A DNA stretch of 63,574 nt, filler included, from Rhabdomonas costata (lineage: Eukaryota): NCBI GenBank assembly GCA_019059605.1. It is 43 parts of 43 records of this genome, joined end to end, with 100 filler letters (N's around TTAATTAATTAA, not from the genome) between each part and the next. Parts side by side here need not be neighbours in the genome. Positions count along the whole stretch, not along the records: positions 62,197 to 63,574 come from JAHMHO010017671.1; 42 more parts are not named here. One strand, written 5' to 3'. The notes under the pieces were generated by a model, which saw only the letters and a list, made by a program, of their open reading frames with translations, had not been told where the DNA came from and did no database searches. Positions 62,542-63,574 of this stretch are shown in pieces (the first letter of the stretch is position 1; each line of letters opens with the position of its first letter). A program made the translations under genes and the position numbers.

Positions 62542-63286
62542 TACCTCTCCTTTGCTATCCCTGGGGTGATGATGCAAACCATGGAGTGGGCGAGCTTTGA
62601 GCTGATGGCGCTGATCGCGGGCAACCTGGGCACGGCGGAGCTGGCGGCGCACAGCATTCTAGTGACCCTAGTCCCCGTGGGGAGCTACTGCTACTTCGGT
62701 TTGGGCGCCGCTGCGGCATCGCTTGTGGGGCAGTACCTCGGCCAGGGCTGCCCCGACCGCGCGGTCAGGGTCATCTGGTACAGCTTGGCGGTATATGTTT
62801 CCCTCGCGTCCTCCAATGTCGCTCTCTACGGGGACGTATTTGGTTTGACGCTGCCACATCGTTTCTTAGTGGCACAACAAACTCACCCGTAAAACGCCGA
62901 CGGCGGTGTTTTTTGGACTCCTCGGTGTTGGTTGACTCACATCGGGGGCGCCTGTCTTTTTTCTGCGAATGGCAGCACTGCTTTTGTTCGTTGGCGGTCG
63001 GAAGTTGCTCCTTCCCCGGACTGCTCTACAGAATTCCCGTTTTCCAAAGTTCGCAAAGTTGCAGTGTGTGATGACCGCTTATTTTTTCCTCCCTCCGTTC
63101 CGAAACCGTCGTCATTCTTTTTGCTTTCGAAAGACGCTGCGATATTGTGGTCGTTTTGGAGTCAATGAACGATCCACGGTGCTGCGCACAGGTTGGGGTG
63201 CTCATTGTGCTGCTTCTGGTCGTGCTGTCGCTAACCCAAAGTGGAGCTCTGATCGACTTCTTCACAGCAGATGTGGAGGTTCACAG
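62542..63286 (+). CDS. MATE-family transporter (exons 62542-62790, 63192-63286)
   Basis: AIPGVMMQTMEWASFELMALIAGNLGTAELAAHSI..GLGAAAASLVGQYLGQG..|..LIDFFTADVEV. Confidence 0.92.
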
Positions 63287-63346
63287 GTGTGTAGTAAGCC
63301 AGCTAAGCGCCGAATGATCCCTTACGCAGAAGCTGTTTTACCCCTC

Positions 63347-63570
63347 TTTTTTTTTACCAAGTTGGTTCCAACGCCTCACGTGACGTTCAAGGCCGCAAAA
63401 GCAGCCGTTTTCCCGATATTCAGCTCAATTTGTAGTTTTCGAGCCAGTGTCCTTTTTTTTGCGGGTCGCAGGGGTCTGCGCCAGATCGTTCTGTTTGCAT
63501 GGGTGTTCACCCCCCTCGACATGGTGGTCACCACCTGCCAAGGCGTTGGAACCAACTTGGTAAAAAAAAA
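63347..63570. repeat. 30-bp perfect inverted repeats around a 164-bp spacer (MITE-like or chimera)
   Basis: T9-ACCAAGTTGGTTCCAACGCCT at 63347-63376 and its exact reverse complement at 63541-63570. Confidence 0.85.
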
Positions 63571-63574
63571 CAAC

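Overview
This window is not one locus. It is 43 unrelated contigs of about 1,380 bp (range 1,378-1,391), apparently size-sorted and joined by 42 artificial 100-bp linkers (44 N + TTAATTAATTAA + 44 N), so neighbouring contigs are not physically linked. Most contigs start with G/T-only and end with A/C-only stretches, and several end in fold-back inversions, which points to whole-genome-amplified (likely single-cell) DNA. The source is an intron-rich flagellated eukaryote with mitochondria: BBS9, a TTC29-like protein, sideroflexin and a PPR protein are present. It uses the standard code (TAA, TAG and TGA each end a predicted gene). Introns are short GT-AG (46-465 bp), with one well-supported GC-AG and very degenerate splice signals. 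The gene mix suggests a euglenozoan/euglenid-like protist, which is an inference. Recognisable fragments: CAMK kinase, USP20/33-type DUSP, F-box/LRR-like protein, Helitron Rep, sideroflexin, bacterial-type ThrRS-N/uridine kinase, RNF213-like protein, zinc-finger + R-S-E ADP-ribosyltransferase, LicD/MNN4 phosphotransferase, receptor-type class III cyclase, GH47 mannosidase, LCB2, PPR protein, voltage-gated channel, a decayed Ty3/Gypsy pol, BBS9 and a MATE transporter. No multi-gene novel system can be demonstrated from such fragments. The best leads are the ZnF-ART and RNF213-like proteins, the unusual splice-signal pattern, an intron flanked by a 9-nt direct repeat, an in-frame TGA and an uninterrupted Helitron Rep. 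All family calls come from motif recognition by eye, not database searches.
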